DNA of 63,434 nt, filler included, from Intoshia linei (Eukaryota; Animalia; Orthonectida), in the NCBI GenBank assembly GCA_001642005.1. It is 6 parts of 6 records of this genome, joined end to end, with 100 filler letters (N's around TTAATTAATTAA, not from the genome) between each part and the next. Parts side by side here need not be neighbours in the genome. Positions count along the whole stretch, not along the records: positions 60,713 to 61,991 come from LWCA01002695.1; positions 62,092 to 63,434 come from LWCA01002662.1; 4 more parts are not named here. The stretch is one strand, 5' to 3'. Positions within the stretch are counted from its first letter, which is position 1. Every line of letters starts with the position of its first letter. The notes under the pieces were generated by a model, which was not told where the DNA came from, made no database searches, and saw only the letters and a list, made by a program, of their open reading frames with translations. Shown here one piece after another: positions 61,401-63,434 of the stretch. Made by a program: the position numbers and the translations under genes.

Positions 61401-63434
61401 ATTTTTTAAAATTAATGTTCGAATCCTATAACTAGCATTTTAATTTGATATGGATTGCATGCAGGCCCGTCATATAATTATTAAAGCAATTAAGTAAATT
61501 AAATTATATTCGATTTAACTTATACTTAATTTTTCAGTAAAGCCAAGCCCGTCCTTACATATCGAAGACAAGGAATGACCCCTGAAACCTTTGAGAATAT
61601 TGGAAATTTTTAACCATATTTTCAAGATGGTTTTTCGAGAAATTTTTTGTACTAATTTTAAGGAGGGTTTTAAAAGAAATTTTAATTAAGATTGCATTTT
61701 CAAAAAAGTAATTTACTGTGTATTTTTTTTTTTCGGAAATTATTTCATTTACAAAAAAAGTAAATAGTAAAACAAAAAATTTAATATAATTAATGCTCCT
61801 AAAATTTAAAAATAAAAAATTGTCGTGATGTTTGGGAAACATTAATTTAAAATATTGGGTATAGTGAATAGTGGCATTTTTATAAATATTTTATTAATAC
61901 TTAAATTTAAAACGGCCGCAAATTAGACACTGCTTATATAGACTCAACATATCAACCGTTAAAATTGTATTTACATGGTCACCATCAACACNNNNNNNNN
62001 NNNNNNNNNNNNNNNNNNNNNNNNNNNNNNNNNNNTTAATTAATTAANNNNNNNNNNNNNNNNNNNNNNNNNNNNNNNNNNNNNNNNNNNNCTCACAGGT
62101 GGTGTGTGAAATAATTATCTTTATTATATTTAATTAAGTTAATTATAATAATGAATACATACACTTAAAATTGTAATAACAAGTAGTCGCAATAATTTTA
62201 ATCACACATTGAGATCAATTTACTACATTTCCATTTATTTATGTTTTAACAAAATTAATGAATTGCTCAAGCCAAGAATTTAAGCTGGGAATTAATTACG
62301 AAACTTGAGAGGAAATATTAAATGGATTAGAGCAGTGGTTCCCAAAAAAATATATTGTCGACCCCCCTAAAAGTATAAAAATATTTTTAGAGAAGATAAA
62401 TTAGTACAAAATAGTGAATATGTTTATTGTATTATTACTAGCTTGGCTGTTTTGTACTTTGTACAAACAGCACCTAGCCCTGCCGAGGGTGGATATATCT
62501 AATTTTAACATTAAAAATTAAATCTATTATGGTTCAAATCACTTTTACGAACCCATTAAAGTAAAGCTACAAAAATATATTATGTAGGTCCTAACTTCAT
62601 ATAATTATACTGACAATTTTCCTAAATTTATATCAGAATGAATACATTATGATGATTAATTAGGGTTGCCAACTGAGTTATTTTCCCCCTGAAAATTCAA
62701 GTTTTCAAATTATGCTAAGTTTTAAGTAATATTTCACAGAGTAATTTAATTATTTCAATAAAAATCATCAGATCAAACATATTTTATTTATATTCTATAA
62801 TTTTTTTCTCTATGGTGCAAGACTCTTAGTGTTAGCAGTTAATTTTATTCCATTACATTCAATTTTATATTAGTAAAGTATTTTACAAATTGTGTTGAAA
62901 AACAAAAGGAAGAACACCAAAAAAGATAGGTAAGACACTTCTTCATTTATCTTTAACTGTTGTGTAAATAGAAAAATGTTTTGACAGAAGTTGAAACTGA
63001 AATGTAGCTGATTTGAACAAGTTTAATATTTTCGTTAAGAATATTGGCAAAATTTGTTAGATATAATATCATTATAAGTAAAAAAGTCTACCCTCATCAT
63101 ATCCAGCTGCTGTTTATAGTATAAACTTTATACGAAATACATAACAGCAAATCATACGTAAAAACGTCATACAAATATATTTACTTAGTTTAATATTATA
63201 TTGTGCAAATATTTAATTACATTTTTCTAAGCTGAAACCAAATTTTATTATTTTCTAGCAATAATATATTTGACATCAAAATGGATATATTTAGTATTGT
63301 ATTTGTACTTTTGGCAATTATGAATCTGACAGTAGCAAGTAATACATTAATAATAATATTTTTATTTTATAATGGGAGTTGAACCTACCTTGTTCAGACT
63401 AAACCAACCATAAATTGACTGTATTTTTAATCTG

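Overview
Very AT-rich eukaryotic (metazoan) genomic DNA with many minimal 35-41 bp GT-AG introns and five 100-bp assembly gaps containing a TTAATTAATTAA spacer. By inference it comes from a compact-genome invertebrate, for example an orthonectid-like animal. A gene-dense block (0.8-14.2 kb) holds UBR5 (one ~6-kb terminal exon), ANAPC7, PGS1, POLE3 and POLR2G in tight convergent and divergent pairs. A TE-expanded block follows with AHI1 (jouberin), an orphan intronless ORF, PAPSS, the 3' end of HBS1L, a septate-junction claudin and PTPDC1. It also contains Tc1, pogo, hAT, piggyBac, Helitron-like and Gypsy remnants. The two most notable observations are antisense nested genes. (1) A 4-RRM poly(A)-binding-protein paralogue lacking the MLLE domain lies inside a 5.5-kb AHI1 intron. 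(2) An intact, DDE-less CENP-B/pogo-derived gene with a dimerisation-like C-terminus lies inside the last PAPSS intron. No CRISPR, rRNA or tRNA was found. All gene identities come from manual translation and recalled family motifs, not from database searches.
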